DNA of 64,000 nucleotides. It comes from Oscillospiraceae bacterium (GTDB lineage: Bacteria; Bacillota; Clostridia; Oscillospirales; Acutalibacteraceae). Position numbers and translations under genes: made by a program. This document shows positions 19,962 through 28,074 of this stretch, in pieces. The notes under the pieces were generated by a model. That model had not been told where the DNA came from and did not search any database. It saw only the letters and a list, made by a program, of their open reading frames with translations. Position 1 is the stretch's first letter, and each line of letters starts with the position of its first letter. The stretch lies in contig CADBNN010000020.1 of NCBI GenBank assembly GCA_902796075.1, positions 4,258 through 68,257 of the forward strand. Direction: 5' to 3'.

Positions 19962-20044
19962 AAATGGCCCTATCCTGCAGTGCTTATCACCGAAAAAGCA
20001 AGGCGCCGCGCCCTATCATACAAAACCGCTGCACACGGCGCAAA

Positions 20045-20078
20045 TGCACCGAAAAGGGTGCATAACAAATGGTAGAAT
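20045..20078 (+). promoter_or_regulatory. Extended -10 promoter (TGgTAGAAT, 20070-20078) for the AAA-protease gene. The perfect palindrome TGCACC-GAAAAG-GGTGCA (20045-20062) occupies the -35 region. It is related to the palindrome in the WYL gene promoter.
   Basis: Read directly from the sequence. An AAAGGAGG RBS at 20087-20094 precedes the ATG at 20103. Confidence 0.5.
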
Positions 20079-20102
20079 AAGCACGAAAAGGAGGTAATAC
20101 TC

Positions 20103-21407
20103 ATGAATGATTTTGAAAAGATCCTCGGCTATGAAGCGATCAAACAAGAACTGATCCAGATCAGCGACGTTCTTGCCAATAGCGAAGCGTATCAAAAGCT
20201 GGGCGTTGAATCTCCGCACGGGCTGTTGCTGTACGGATCGCCCGGCGTGGGTAAAACGCTTATGTCATACGCGGTGATCGCCGCCAGCGGCCGAAAGTCC
20301 TTTATGTGCCGCAAAGATAAACCAAACGGCGATTTTGTAAAGGCGATCAAAGAAACGTTTGCGGCGGCAAAAGCAGCGGCGCCGTCTATCGTGTTTCTTG
20401 ACGACATGGAAAAATTTGCCAACGGCGATGAACGCCATCCGCATGCGGAAGAATACGTTACGGTGCAGTCGTGCATTGACGACTGCAAAGGCCAAGAAGT
20501 GTTTGTGCTCGCCACGGCCAACAAACTGCAGTCACTGCCGAGGTCGCTCCTTCGCGCCGGCCGTTTTGACCGGATGATCAAGGTGCATAACCCCCGCGGG
20601 GAAGACGCCGTGAAAATCATTGACCATTATATCAAAAAGAAGAAATGCATGGCAGATATGGACGCGACCGTTATTGCGCGGATGATGGACGGGCGCTCGT
20701 GTGCGGCGCTGGAAACGGTGATAAACGAAGCGGGGCTGTATGCCGGCTTTGAACGCTCCAACGTGATCACCATGGATCATTTTATGAAAGCGTGTTTGCA
20801 TACCGTTTACGATATTCCCAGCGCGGTGCTGAACGGCCCTGTGCCGAAAACCGACCTGACAAACGGCAACGACCAGCGGGTGCGCATCGTTTACCACGAA
20901 GCCGGCCATGCCACCGTGGCGGAAGTGCTGAATCCCGGAAGCGTCGCGCTCGTTACTGCGTATAACGATGCCGGACATTCCGGCGGATTTACTTCTTACT
21001 GTTGCGACCATGAGCGCAGCACGACGCAAGACATGTTTCGGCAAATATGCGCTTCGCTGGGCGGCATGGCGGCGCTGGATCAGCAATACGGCATGGCAGA
21101 CGCCGGAGTAGGGCAAGACCTGGATCATGCGTTTTCATTGGTCAGCGGCCTTGTGGGAGACGCCTGCATCCGCGGATTCGGTTTTTACGTCAGCGAATGC
21201 GGCGATTCGCAAAGCCGCAAATCCAGGCGAGAGCAGGCGGTCGCCGTTGAAATGGAACGTTGGTATCGAAAAACGAAGGAGATCTTGTCTGCGAACCGTG
21301 ATCTGTTTGAAGCTATTGCGGCTGAACTGTCGCAAAAAGGGGTTCTCACCACGGCGGATATCGACCGGATCAAGCAGCGTTGCCGCATTACGCCGGTCGC
21401 GATCTGA
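20103..21407 (+). CDS. Soluble (no TM) FtsH-like protein: AAA+ ATPase domain fused to an M41-type HEXXH zinc metalloprotease domain
   Basis: 434 aa. Walker A GSPGVGKT; a Walker B-like IVFLDDME (DD rather than DE); sensor-1 TAN; Arg finger RAGRFDR (FtsH has RPGRFDR); HEAGHA zinc motif (FtsH has HEAGHA). No hydrophobic N-terminal segments, and the FtsH aromatic pore loop is absent. Confidence 0.8.
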   Translation: MNDFEKILGYEAIKQELIQISDVLANSEAYQKLGVESPHGLLLYGSPGVGKTLMSYAVIAASGRKSFMCRKDKPNGDFVKAIKETFAAAKAAAPSIVFLDDMEKFANGDERHPHAEEYVTVQSCIDDCKGQEVFVLATANKLQSLPRSLLRAGRFDRMIKVHNPRGEDAVKIIDHYIKKKKCMADMDATVIARMMDGRSCAALETVINEAGLYAGFERSNVITMDHFMKACLHTVYDIPSAVLNGPVPKTDLTNGNDQRVRIVYHEAGHATVAEVLNPGSVALVTAYNDAGHSGGFTSYCCDHERSTTQDMFRQICASLGGMAALDQQYGMADAGVGQDLDHAFSLVSGLVGDACIRGFGFYVSECGDSQSRKSRREQAVAVEMERWYRKTKEILSANRDLFEAIAAELSQKGVLTTADIDRIKQRCRITPVAI

Positions 21408-21417
21408 ATCCGCGCCC

Positions 21418-22122
21418 ATGTATATCAAGCGGCTGGAGATCGATCCTTTTGAAGAATGCGGGCCTATTGGCATATCGTTTGCCGAAGACGTTACGGTGAT
21501 CGACCACAATGTGGGTCAAACGGTCGTCGGCGCAATCAAAATGTTGCTGCTGTATTCTTCGCAGTACGGTGTCGACTTGCCCTTTTCGGCGGGGAAACCG
21601 GCCAAACTGTTTGCCGAAGTGGTGGCCGGTGACGCGACATACCACGTGCGGTCTTGCGGCCTTGCCGGCGGTTTGACGGTGCAGCGGCTTGCAAAGGACG
21701 GCACGATCACACGGGCCGAAGAAGCGTATTGCGCCCTGATGCGGCGGTGCGCGGAGGAAAACAGGATCTCGGTCGTTGCCGGCGTGCATAACGGCTCGGA
21801 TTACGGCCTTGAGCGATACCGCCGGGAGGATCGGTATTACGGTGCGGGCGTTTTTGCCCGTGTAACAGACGGGATGTGCTTAACGCACTCTTTCCGCCGG
21901 TGTGTGAGGCAGCACATGCGCCAAAATGCGGCCGAAGCTCCCAACGCGGATACGCCGGCAAGACCGTGGATCGATACCGTAAGATTTTGGAATGCGTTCG
22001 GCAAAATGCGGGATCTTCATTATGAGGGAAAACCGCTTGTTGTGGACCAAACGCTGCTTTCGTTTGTTTCTGCGCCGGTCTTGTTCCGCATGACCGGCAG
22101 ACAGGTGCTGATCGTAACGTAA
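21418..22122 (+). CDS. Hypothetical protein, co-transcribed with the AAA-protease (10-nt gap). The N-terminus resembles a RecF/SMC-type ABC-ATPase N-terminal strand but has a degenerate P-loop.
   Basis: 234 aa. MYIKRLEIDPFEE...ISFAEDVTVIDHNVGQTVVGAIKMLL aligns in pattern with the MxIxxLxLxNF...IxGxNGxGKS N-termini, but the GKS/T is missing. Weak RBS. Confidence 0.5.
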   Translation: MYIKRLEIDPFEECGPIGISFAEDVTVIDHNVGQTVVGAIKMLLLYSSQYGVDLPFSAGKPAKLFAEVVAGDATYHVRSCGLAGGLTVQRLAKDGTITRAEEAYCALMRRCAEENRISVVAGVHNGSDYGLERYRREDRYYGAGVFARVTDGMCLTHSFRRCVRQHMRQNAAEAPNADTPARPWIDTVRFWNAFGKMRDLHYEGKPLVVDQTLLSFVSAPVLFRMTGRQVLIVT

Positions 22123-22138
22123 TAAGTTTATTTTCAAA

Positions 22139-22178
22139 GCAACCGCCGAAACGATGGCGCCATCGTTTCGGCGGTTGC
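22139..22178. terminator. Bidirectional intrinsic terminator between the convergent hypothetical gene (+) and spoVAC (-)
   Basis: GCAACCGCCGAAACGATGG..CCATCGTTTCGGCGGTTGC is a 19-nt perfect inverted repeat, flanked by T-rich (plus strand) and A-rich runs. Confidence 0.6.
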
Positions 22179-22189
22179 TTGCGCTTTAT

Positions 22190-22633
22190 TTACAGCAGGC
22201 CGGCGGCCCACAAGATTACGCCGTATATCACGCTGGCCAATGTGCCGTATACCAGCACCGGGCCGGCGATCACAAACATTTTGGCGGCCAGGCCGGGCAC
22301 CAGCCCTTCGCTGCGAAATTCCATGGCGGGGGCGGCAACGGCGTTGGCAAAGCCGGTAATGGGCACCAGCGTGCCGGCGCCTGCCTGCCGGGCCAGCCGG
22401 TCGTATACGCCCAGCGCCGTGAGCAGGATAGACAAAAAAATCAAACTCACCGAAACCAGCCCCCGGGCGGTATCGGCGGGCAAGCCCATTCCTTCAAACC
22501 GTTCCCACAAAAACTGTCCTGCGGTGCAAATGGCGCCGCCGGTTAAAAAAGCCTTCAGGCAGTTGAGCGCTACCGGCGAGCGGGGAGAGGCGTCGGCCGT
22601 CATGCGCCGGTATTGCTTGGGTTTTGTTTGCAT
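22190..22633 (-). CDS. spoVAC: SpoVAC-family protein (stage V sporulation protein AC-like membrane channel subunit), solitary
   Basis: 147 aa from the ATG at 22633 (AAAGGAAG RBS). The hydrophobic core FLTGGAICTAGQ...GFANAVAAPAMEFRSEGLVPG matches SpoVAC/SpoVAEb-family motifs. No spoVAD or spoVAEb nearby. Confidence 0.65.
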   Translation of the reverse strand: MQTKPKQYRRMTADASPRSPVALNCLKAFLTGGAICTAGQFLWERFEGMGLPADTARGLVSVSLIFLSILLTALGVYDRLARQAGAGTLVPITGFANAVAAPAMEFRSEGLVPGLAAKMFVIAGPVLVYGTLASVIYGVILWAAGLL

Positions 22634-22797
22634 AGCGTTCTTCCTTTGCGTTTTTTTGTTCATAGTGTGGCCGGCTGTTGCCGATCCATACGCCGCCGGA
22701 GAAAATCTCTTCATTATTTGGCCCGTTTGTCTTGATTTTCCGGACGTTTTCTGCTACTATGCCATTAGAATCTAACTTTTTGCAGGGGGCGTGTACT

Positions 22798-23883
22798 ATG
22801 AAACAGTTAAAAGGCGGCATTATCGGGTGCGGCGGTATTGCGTTCGGCAAACATCTGCCGGCCATTCAGCGAGTGGGCGCCGTGGATATGACGGCGTTTT
22901 GCGACATTGTGGAAGAACGGGCGGCCAAAGCCGCGGCGGAATACGGCGCCGAAGGCGCCAAGGTTTATACCGATTACAAGGAATTGCTGGCGGACCCCAC
23001 GCTGGATGTGGTGTACGTTTGCACCCCCAACCGGTCTCACAGCTTTATCACGGTGGATGCGCTGCACGCCGGCAAGCACGTGATGTGTGAAAAGCCCATG
23101 GCCAAAACCTATGCGGAAGCCGTGGCCATGTGTGAAGCGGCCGAAGAAACCGGCAAGGTGCTCACCATCGGCTACCAAAACCGCCGCCGGGCCGACGCGC
23201 TGTATGCCAAAGCCTGTGCCGATGCCGGCGAACTGGGCGATATCTATTATGCCCGCGCCCTGGCGCTGCGCCGTCGGGCGGTGCCCACCTGGGGCGTATT
23301 TTTGAATGAATATGAGCAGGGAGGCGGCCCGCTGATCGATATCGGCACCCACGCGTTAGACCTGACCTTGTGGTGCATGAACAATTATAAGCCCAAAATG
23401 GTGGTGGGCACCACCTTCCGCAAACTGGCCGATCAGACCGAAACCGGTAACGCCTGGGGCGATTGGGACCCGGAACAGTTTACGGTGGAAGACGCCGCCT
23501 TCGGCTTTGTGGTGATGGAAAACGGCGCCACCGTTTCGGTGGAATCCAGCTGGGCGCTGAATCTGATCGACGCGAAAGAGGCGTCCACCGTGCTGTGCGG
23601 TACCAAAGCCGGCCTAGATATGCTGGACGGCTTGCGCATCAACGGGGTGCAGCACGGTCGGCAATATGTGCAAAAGCCCAACCTGCAGGCGGGCGGCGCG
23701 GCGTTTTACGACGGCATTGCCGGCGGCGCGCCGGAAGATATTGAAGCCAAAATGTTTACCGACGCGGTGCTGCACGGCACCGAGCCTTCCACCTTGCCCC
23801 GGCAGGCGGCCTGCGTTACCCGCATTTTAGAAGCCATTTATGAATCGGCCCAAACCGGCAAGCCGGTGTTTTTGGAGGACTGA
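22798..23883 (+). CDS. Gfo/Idh/MocA family NAD(P)-dependent oxidoreductase
   Basis: The Rossmann N-terminus GIIGCGGIAFGKHLPA and a CEKP motif. Start at ATG 22798 after a G-rich RBS. Confidence 0.85.
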   Translation: MKQLKGGIIGCGGIAFGKHLPAIQRVGAVDMTAFCDIVEERAAKAAAEYGAEGAKVYTDYKELLADPTLDVVYVCTPNRSHSFITVDALHAGKHVMCEKPMAKTYAEAVAMCEAAEETGKVLTIGYQNRRRADALYAKACADAGELGDIYYARALALRRRAVPTWGVFLNEYEQGGGPLIDIGTHALDLTLWCMNNYKPKMVVGTTFRKLADQTETGNAWGDWDPEQFTVEDAAFGFVVMENGATVSVESSWALNLIDAKEASTVLCGTKAGLDMLDGLRINGVQHGRQYVQKPNLQAGGAAFYDGIAGGAPEDIEAKMFTDAVLHGTEPSTLPRQAACVTRILEAIYESAQTGKPVFLED

Positions 23884-23885
23884 AT

Positions 23886-24671
23886 ATGAAACTGGGTATC
23901 ATCACCACCCCCGACGCAGCCGGCATTCGCTGGGCCCGGGATATGGGCGTGGACGCAGCGGAATTTTGCCTGAACGTGGGCGTGGACCTGGACGCGGTGA
24001 TCGCCCGCAAGGATGAAATACTAAACGCCTTGCAGGAAACGGGGTTGGTCATGGGCTCCATCGGCCGGTGGGGGCCCGACCGGATCTGTGCCGACGGCCT
24101 GTGCCGGGACGAACTGGCCAACGAGCGCAAACTGCTGGCGTTGTGCCGGGATCTGCATTGCCCGGTGTACGTGACCGGCTGTAATATGGTGGAAGGGCTT
24201 TCCTTTTACCAAAACTGCACGCTGGCTATCGAGTATCTTTCCGAACTGATGCAAACGGCCGAAGAATACGGCGTAAAGGTTTGCACCTATAACTGCCACT
24301 GGAACAGTTTTTTAGACTGCGATCCGGCCTGGACGGTGGTGCACGGCCATCTGCCCGCGTTGGGCATCAAATACGATCCCTCTCATGCCTTTGCCGGCGG
24401 GCGGGATTATCTGGCCGAAACGCAAGCCTGGGGCCACCGGTTTTACCATGTGCATCTCAAAGGCTCGCTTTACGCGGCCGGGCAGCATATCGACGATCCG
24501 CCGGCCGGGATGGACTGCACCAACTGGGGCGCGTTTATGGCTATGCTGTACCAAAAAGGATATAACGGTGTGCTGTCTGTCGAACCCCACTCCGCCACCT
24601 GGCAGGGCCGGTTGGGCGAAGCGGGCATCCGTTACACGGTCGATTATTTCAAACGGTTTTTGCTGGCGTAA
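23886..24671 (+). CDS. Sugar phosphate isomerase/epimerase (xylose-isomerase-like TIM barrel)
   Basis: 261 aa. Typical AP-endonuclease-2/TIM-barrel family composition (HVHLKG...VEPH motifs). Tightly linked (2-nt gap) to the preceding oxidoreductase. Confidence 0.75.
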   Translation: MKLGIITTPDAAGIRWARDMGVDAAEFCLNVGVDLDAVIARKDEILNALQETGLVMGSIGRWGPDRICADGLCRDELANERKLLALCRDLHCPVYVTGCNMVEGLSFYQNCTLAIEYLSELMQTAEEYGVKVCTYNCHWNSFLDCDPAWTVVHGHLPALGIKYDPSHAFAGGRDYLAETQAWGHRFYHVHLKGSLYAAGQHIDDPPAGMDCTNWGAFMAMLYQKGYNGVLSVEPHSATWQGRLGEAGIRYTVDYFKRFLLA

Positions 24672-24708
24672 CGCCGTCGGCATTGCCATACATAAGGAGC
24701 GATTTTCC

Positions 24709-25770
24709 ATGCAAAAACAATGCGCTATCATCGGTTACGGCGGCATGGGGGAATGGCACGGCGATTTTATTCGCACCGCCATGACCGATTGCCTGACCCT
24801 GCGGGGCGTTTGGGACGTGCGGCCCGAGCGGCGCCAACATGCCGAAAGCAAAGGCATTGCGGCTTATGAAAGTTTAGAAGCCCTGCTGGCCGACGAAGCG
24901 GTGGAACTGGTTACCCTGGCGGTGCCCAACGATTTTCACAAGCCACTGGCCATCGCCTGCCTGCAGGCGGGCAAAAACGTGGTGTGCGAAAAGCCGGTTA
25001 TGCTCAACGCCGCCGAACTGGCGCAGGTGCAGGCGGTGGCCCGGGCCTGCGGCAAGGTGTTCACCGTGCATCAAAACCGCCGGTGGGACAAAGACTTTGT
25101 TACCGTGAAGCAGGTGCTGCAAAGCGGCGTGATCGGTCAGCCTTATATGATCGAAAGCCGGGTGCAGGGCTCCCGCCGGGTGCTCAACGGCTGGCGGGGC
25201 GTTAAAAGGGAAGGCGGCGGCATGCTGCTGGACTGGGGCGTGCATTTGCTGGACCAACTGCTGTGGCTGATAGACAGCCCGGTGGTGGAAGTGGGCGCCC
25301 ATTTGTTCGCTTTAATGCCCGGCGTGGAAGTGGACGATAATCTGGACGTGTTTTTGCGTTTTCAAAACGGCGTTTCGGCCCTGGTGCAGGTGGCCACCAA
25401 CTGCTTTGTGCTGCAGCCCCGGTGGCACGTTTCCTGCCGGGAGGGCACGCTGCAGGTGGACGACTGGAACGTGAACGGCAAAATCGTAAAACTGGCCGAC
25501 GACAGCGAAATGGCCTGGGATGAGGTGATCACCTACACCGCCGCCGGCCCCACCCGCACCATGGCCCCCCGCCCGCGGGAAACGGTGGAAGAACTGCCGC
25601 TGCCCGACGTGCCCACCCATTTGGAGGAATACTACCGCAACGTGTGCGCCGCCATTGACGGCAAAGCAGAACTGATCGTAACGCCCGCCCAGGCCATGCG
25701 GGTGATGCAGGTGGTAGACGCGGCCTTTGCCGCCCAGGAACAGGGCCACAGCATAAGGTGTGAAATATAA
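24709..25770 (+). CDS. Gfo/Idh/MocA family oxidoreductase
   Basis: Start at ATG 24709 after AAGGAG. CAIIGYGGMGEWH Rossmann motif and CEKP motif. Confidence 0.85.
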   Translation: MQKQCAIIGYGGMGEWHGDFIRTAMTDCLTLRGVWDVRPERRQHAESKGIAAYESLEALLADEAVELVTLAVPNDFHKPLAIACLQAGKNVVCEKPVMLNAAELAQVQAVARACGKVFTVHQNRRWDKDFVTVKQVLQSGVIGQPYMIESRVQGSRRVLNGWRGVKREGGGMLLDWGVHLLDQLLWLIDSPVVEVGAHLFALMPGVEVDDNLDVFLRFQNGVSALVQVATNCFVLQPRWHVSCREGTLQVDDWNVNGKIVKLADDSEMAWDEVITYTAAGPTRTMAPRPRETVEELPLPDVPTHLEEYYRNVCAAIDGKAELIVTPAQAMRVMQVVDAAFAAQEQGHSIRCEI

Positions 25771-26096
25771 TGGAACTGAAATTGCAAACCGCCTATGTGC
25801 GCCGGTGCGGCCCCCGCACCGAATACCGTGGCGCCGTGAAGGACGACGGCCGGCCCACCACCCTGCATTTAACAGCCGACGCCCTGCCGGCCGACTTTGT
25901 GTGCCGCGTTAACGGCCGGACTCCCGCCTGGGACCCGGCGCCGGCCGCCGGCCCGGTGTGCGCCTGTGCGCCGGTGCCGCCGGGAGAGCCGGTGATCGAA
26001 CTGTCCCTCACCGCCGACCCTGCCGCCGCCGTGCGCGTGTGGCTTTCGGCAGAGGATGGGGAATGGGAAAGCGTGTATCGGCACGAAGCGGAATAG
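25770..26096 (+). CDS. Small hypothetical protein (108 aa). The start overlaps the upstream stop (ATAATGG).
   Basis: Only the ORF and the translational-coupling geometry support it. High-GC genomes generate spurious ORFs, so confidence is low. Confidence 0.3.
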   Translation: MELKLQTAYVRRCGPRTEYRGAVKDDGRPTTLHLTADALPADFVCRVNGRTPAWDPAPAAGPVCACAPVPPGEPVIELSLTADPAAAVRVWLSAEDGEWESVYRHEAE

Positions 26097-26183
26097 CGTC
26101 TTTCCAAAGCAACATACGTAACGGGCTTGATCCAGAGGACCAAGCCCGTTTTGTTCTGTGATAGTATGCGCGGTTCAGGCGGT

Positions 26184-27968
26184 TTACCGTCTGCCGGGGC
26201 CGCCCATGCCGCCCTGCATACCGCCCATACCGCCTTGCATGCCGCCCATGCCCGTGCCGGCGCCCACAATGGTGTCGGTCATTTCCACGGTGGTGGTGTT
26301 GCTGCCCGCCGTTACGGTGTAGGTTTGGCCCACCGCCAGTTCGGGACAGCTGATGATCACGCATTGATAGGCTTTTTCGGGGGTGAAGGTCACCAGCGTG
26401 TTGCCGTCGGCGTCGGTCAGGGTCACGGCGTCGCCGGCGTTGCCGCTCAGATTCACCAGCATGGCGCATTGGGTGGAGGAAGCGCCGAAGTTTTCGGCCA
26501 TGCCGGCGGAACCGGCCGCCACGCACACACCGCCGGTGATTTGCAGGGTGCCGCCCGTATCCAGCGCGCCGTTGCCGTTGTCGGTGGGACCGGACACGGT
26601 GGTAACGCCGCCCGAGATGACCAGTTCGCCGTTGGAATCCAAACCGTCGCCGGACGCGTTTACGTGCACGGTGCCGCCGCTGATGTGCAAATAACTGTCG
26701 CTGCTCGACGCGAAGGGATCGCCGCCAAAGCCGCCGCCAAAGCCGCTTTGGTCGTTGCCGCCCGCCGCGTTAAAGCCGTCGTCGCTGGCGGTCACGCTCA
26801 CGGTGCCGCCGGTCACGTCTATGGATTGACCTTCCACCCCTTCATAACTCACGCTGACGGTAACGCTGCCGCCGCTGATGACCACCGCTTCGTCGGCATG
26901 AATGCCGTCGTCGCCGCTGGCCAGAGAAAGGGTGCCGTTTTGCACGGTAACGCCGGCGTTGGCGTGCACCGCGTCGTCCGCCGCGCTCACCGTCAGGGTG
27001 CCGCCGGTCACGGTAATGGCGCCGTTTGCTTTCACGCCTTTCGTGCTCACGCTGTCGTCGGCCGCCGTGCCGTCGGTCCATTGGTTGCCGAACTGTGCAT
27101 AGGTGCGCACCTGCTCGGGCGCGCCGCCCCCGGCGGTCACGTTCCAGTCGCCGCCGTCTATCTGCAGAACGCCCGAAGCGTCCATCCCGTCGCCTTCGGC
27201 GGTAACAACGCCGGCGCCGCCCACAAGGGCGATGTAGCCCTGGGTGGTATCGTCGGTGTTTTCGGCGTGCAGGCCGTCCTTGCCGGCGGTAAGGGTCAAG
27301 GTGCCGTCGCCCACGCGAATGCTGTCGTTGGCCTGCAGGGCGTGGCCCGCCGCCGTTACGGTAACGGTGCCGCCGGTGATCTTCAGATCATCCTTGCACA
27401 CAATGCCGTGGCCCTGGGCCGAGGTGACGGTGAGGGCGCCCGACCCGTTAACGGTCAGGTCGTCTTTGGCAAAAATCACGCCGTCCACGTTCACGTCGCC
27501 GTCGGCCGCAAAGGCGCCGGTGACCGAAAGGGCGTTTTGACTGCCCTGCGCCAGAGTGATGAACACTTTGTCCGCCTGTTTTACGTAAATGGCGGCCAGG
27601 GATTCATTGGTAACGGTAACGCCGTTGAGCACCAGCTGCACCTTGGCGGCGTCGTCGGCGTCCACCACGATCTGCCCGTCGGTAAGCGAGCCGGACAGAA
27701 TATACACCCCTTCTTGCGAAATGGTCACCCCGTCGCCCGAAAGGGTAACGGCGGTGGCAGTAGCTTCGTCGTAGTCGCCCGCCAGATCCCGGTCGGAAAA
27801 CAGGTCGGCTGTATCCAGCGTTTGGGCGGCGGGGGAGACCGCCGCTTCGCCCGACGAAGAAACCGACGAAGCGGTTTGGGCCGAGCCGTCCGGGTTGGCG
27901 GCGCACCCCGCCAGCGCCACGCCCAGCAGCAGGCTGAGCAATATAATAAGAAAGCGTTTGTGTTTCAT
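26184..27968 (-). CDS. Lipoprotein with parallel beta-helix-like repeats (putative adhesin / DUF4097-like) and a C-terminal GGMQGGMGG repeat tail
   Basis: Start at MKHKRFLIILLSLLLGVALAGC (lipobox) with an AAAGGAG RBS. Internally repeated GGTVTV.. A.. DDxVHA segments. The tail is GMGGMQGGMGGMQGGMGGPGRR. Confidence 0.65.
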   Translation of the reverse strand: MKHKRFLIILLSLLLGVALAGCAANPDGSAQTASSVSSSGEAAVSPAAQTLDTADLFSDRDLAGDYDEATATAVTLSGDGVTISQEGVYILSGSLTDGQIVVDADDAAKVQLVLNGVTVTNESLAAIYVKQADKVFITLAQGSQNALSVTGAFAADGDVNVDGVIFAKDDLTVNGSGALTVTSAQGHGIVCKDDLKITGGTVTVTAAGHALQANDSIRVGDGTLTLTAGKDGLHAENTDDTTQGYIALVGGAGVVTAEGDGMDASGVLQIDGGDWNVTAGGGAPEQVRTYAQFGNQWTDGTAADDSVSTKGVKANGAITVTGGTLTVSAADDAVHANAGVTVQNGTLSLASGDDGIHADEAVVISGGSVTVSVSYEGVEGQSIDVTGGTVSVTASDDGFNAAGGNDQSGFGGGFGGDPFASSSDSYLHISGGTVHVNASGDGLDSNGELVISGGVTTVSGPTDNGNGALDTGGTLQITGGVCVAAGSAGMAENFGASSTQCAMLVNLSGNAGDAVTLTDADGNTLVTFTPEKAYQCVIISCPELAVGQTYTVTAGSNTTTVEMTDTIVGAGTGMGGMQGGMGGMQGGMGGPGRR

Positions 27969-28074
27969 AACGAATAACTCCTTTCGTGCGGTTCTGGCGT
28001 AAGTATACCCGGCCAACTTTAAACGGAATTAAAAAAGCCGAAAGAAATTTTCGGCTTTTTATTCATGTGCATTT

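Noticed and set aside
15834-21407. Gabija, Hachiman or Lamassu assignment for the helicase island
   Set aside because: Gabija needs an OLD-type ATPase/TOPRIM GajA and a ~500-aa GajB. Hachiman needs a DUF1837 HamA and an SF2 helicase. Lamassu needs an SMC-like LmuB and an effector. None of these partners is present. The helicase is SF1 UvrD-type with a long tail, and its neighbour is an AAA/M41 protease.
20103-21407. Membrane FtsH (true ftsH) call
   Set aside because: There are no N-terminal TM helices, the protein is only 434 aa, there is no upstream extension, and it is not located in the typical tilS/hprT/ftsH context.
26127-27977. 616-aa plus-strand ORF
   Set aside because: Antisense to the beta-helix lipoprotein gene. 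Gly/Ala/His-rich. The minus-strand gene has an RBS, lipobox and repeats.
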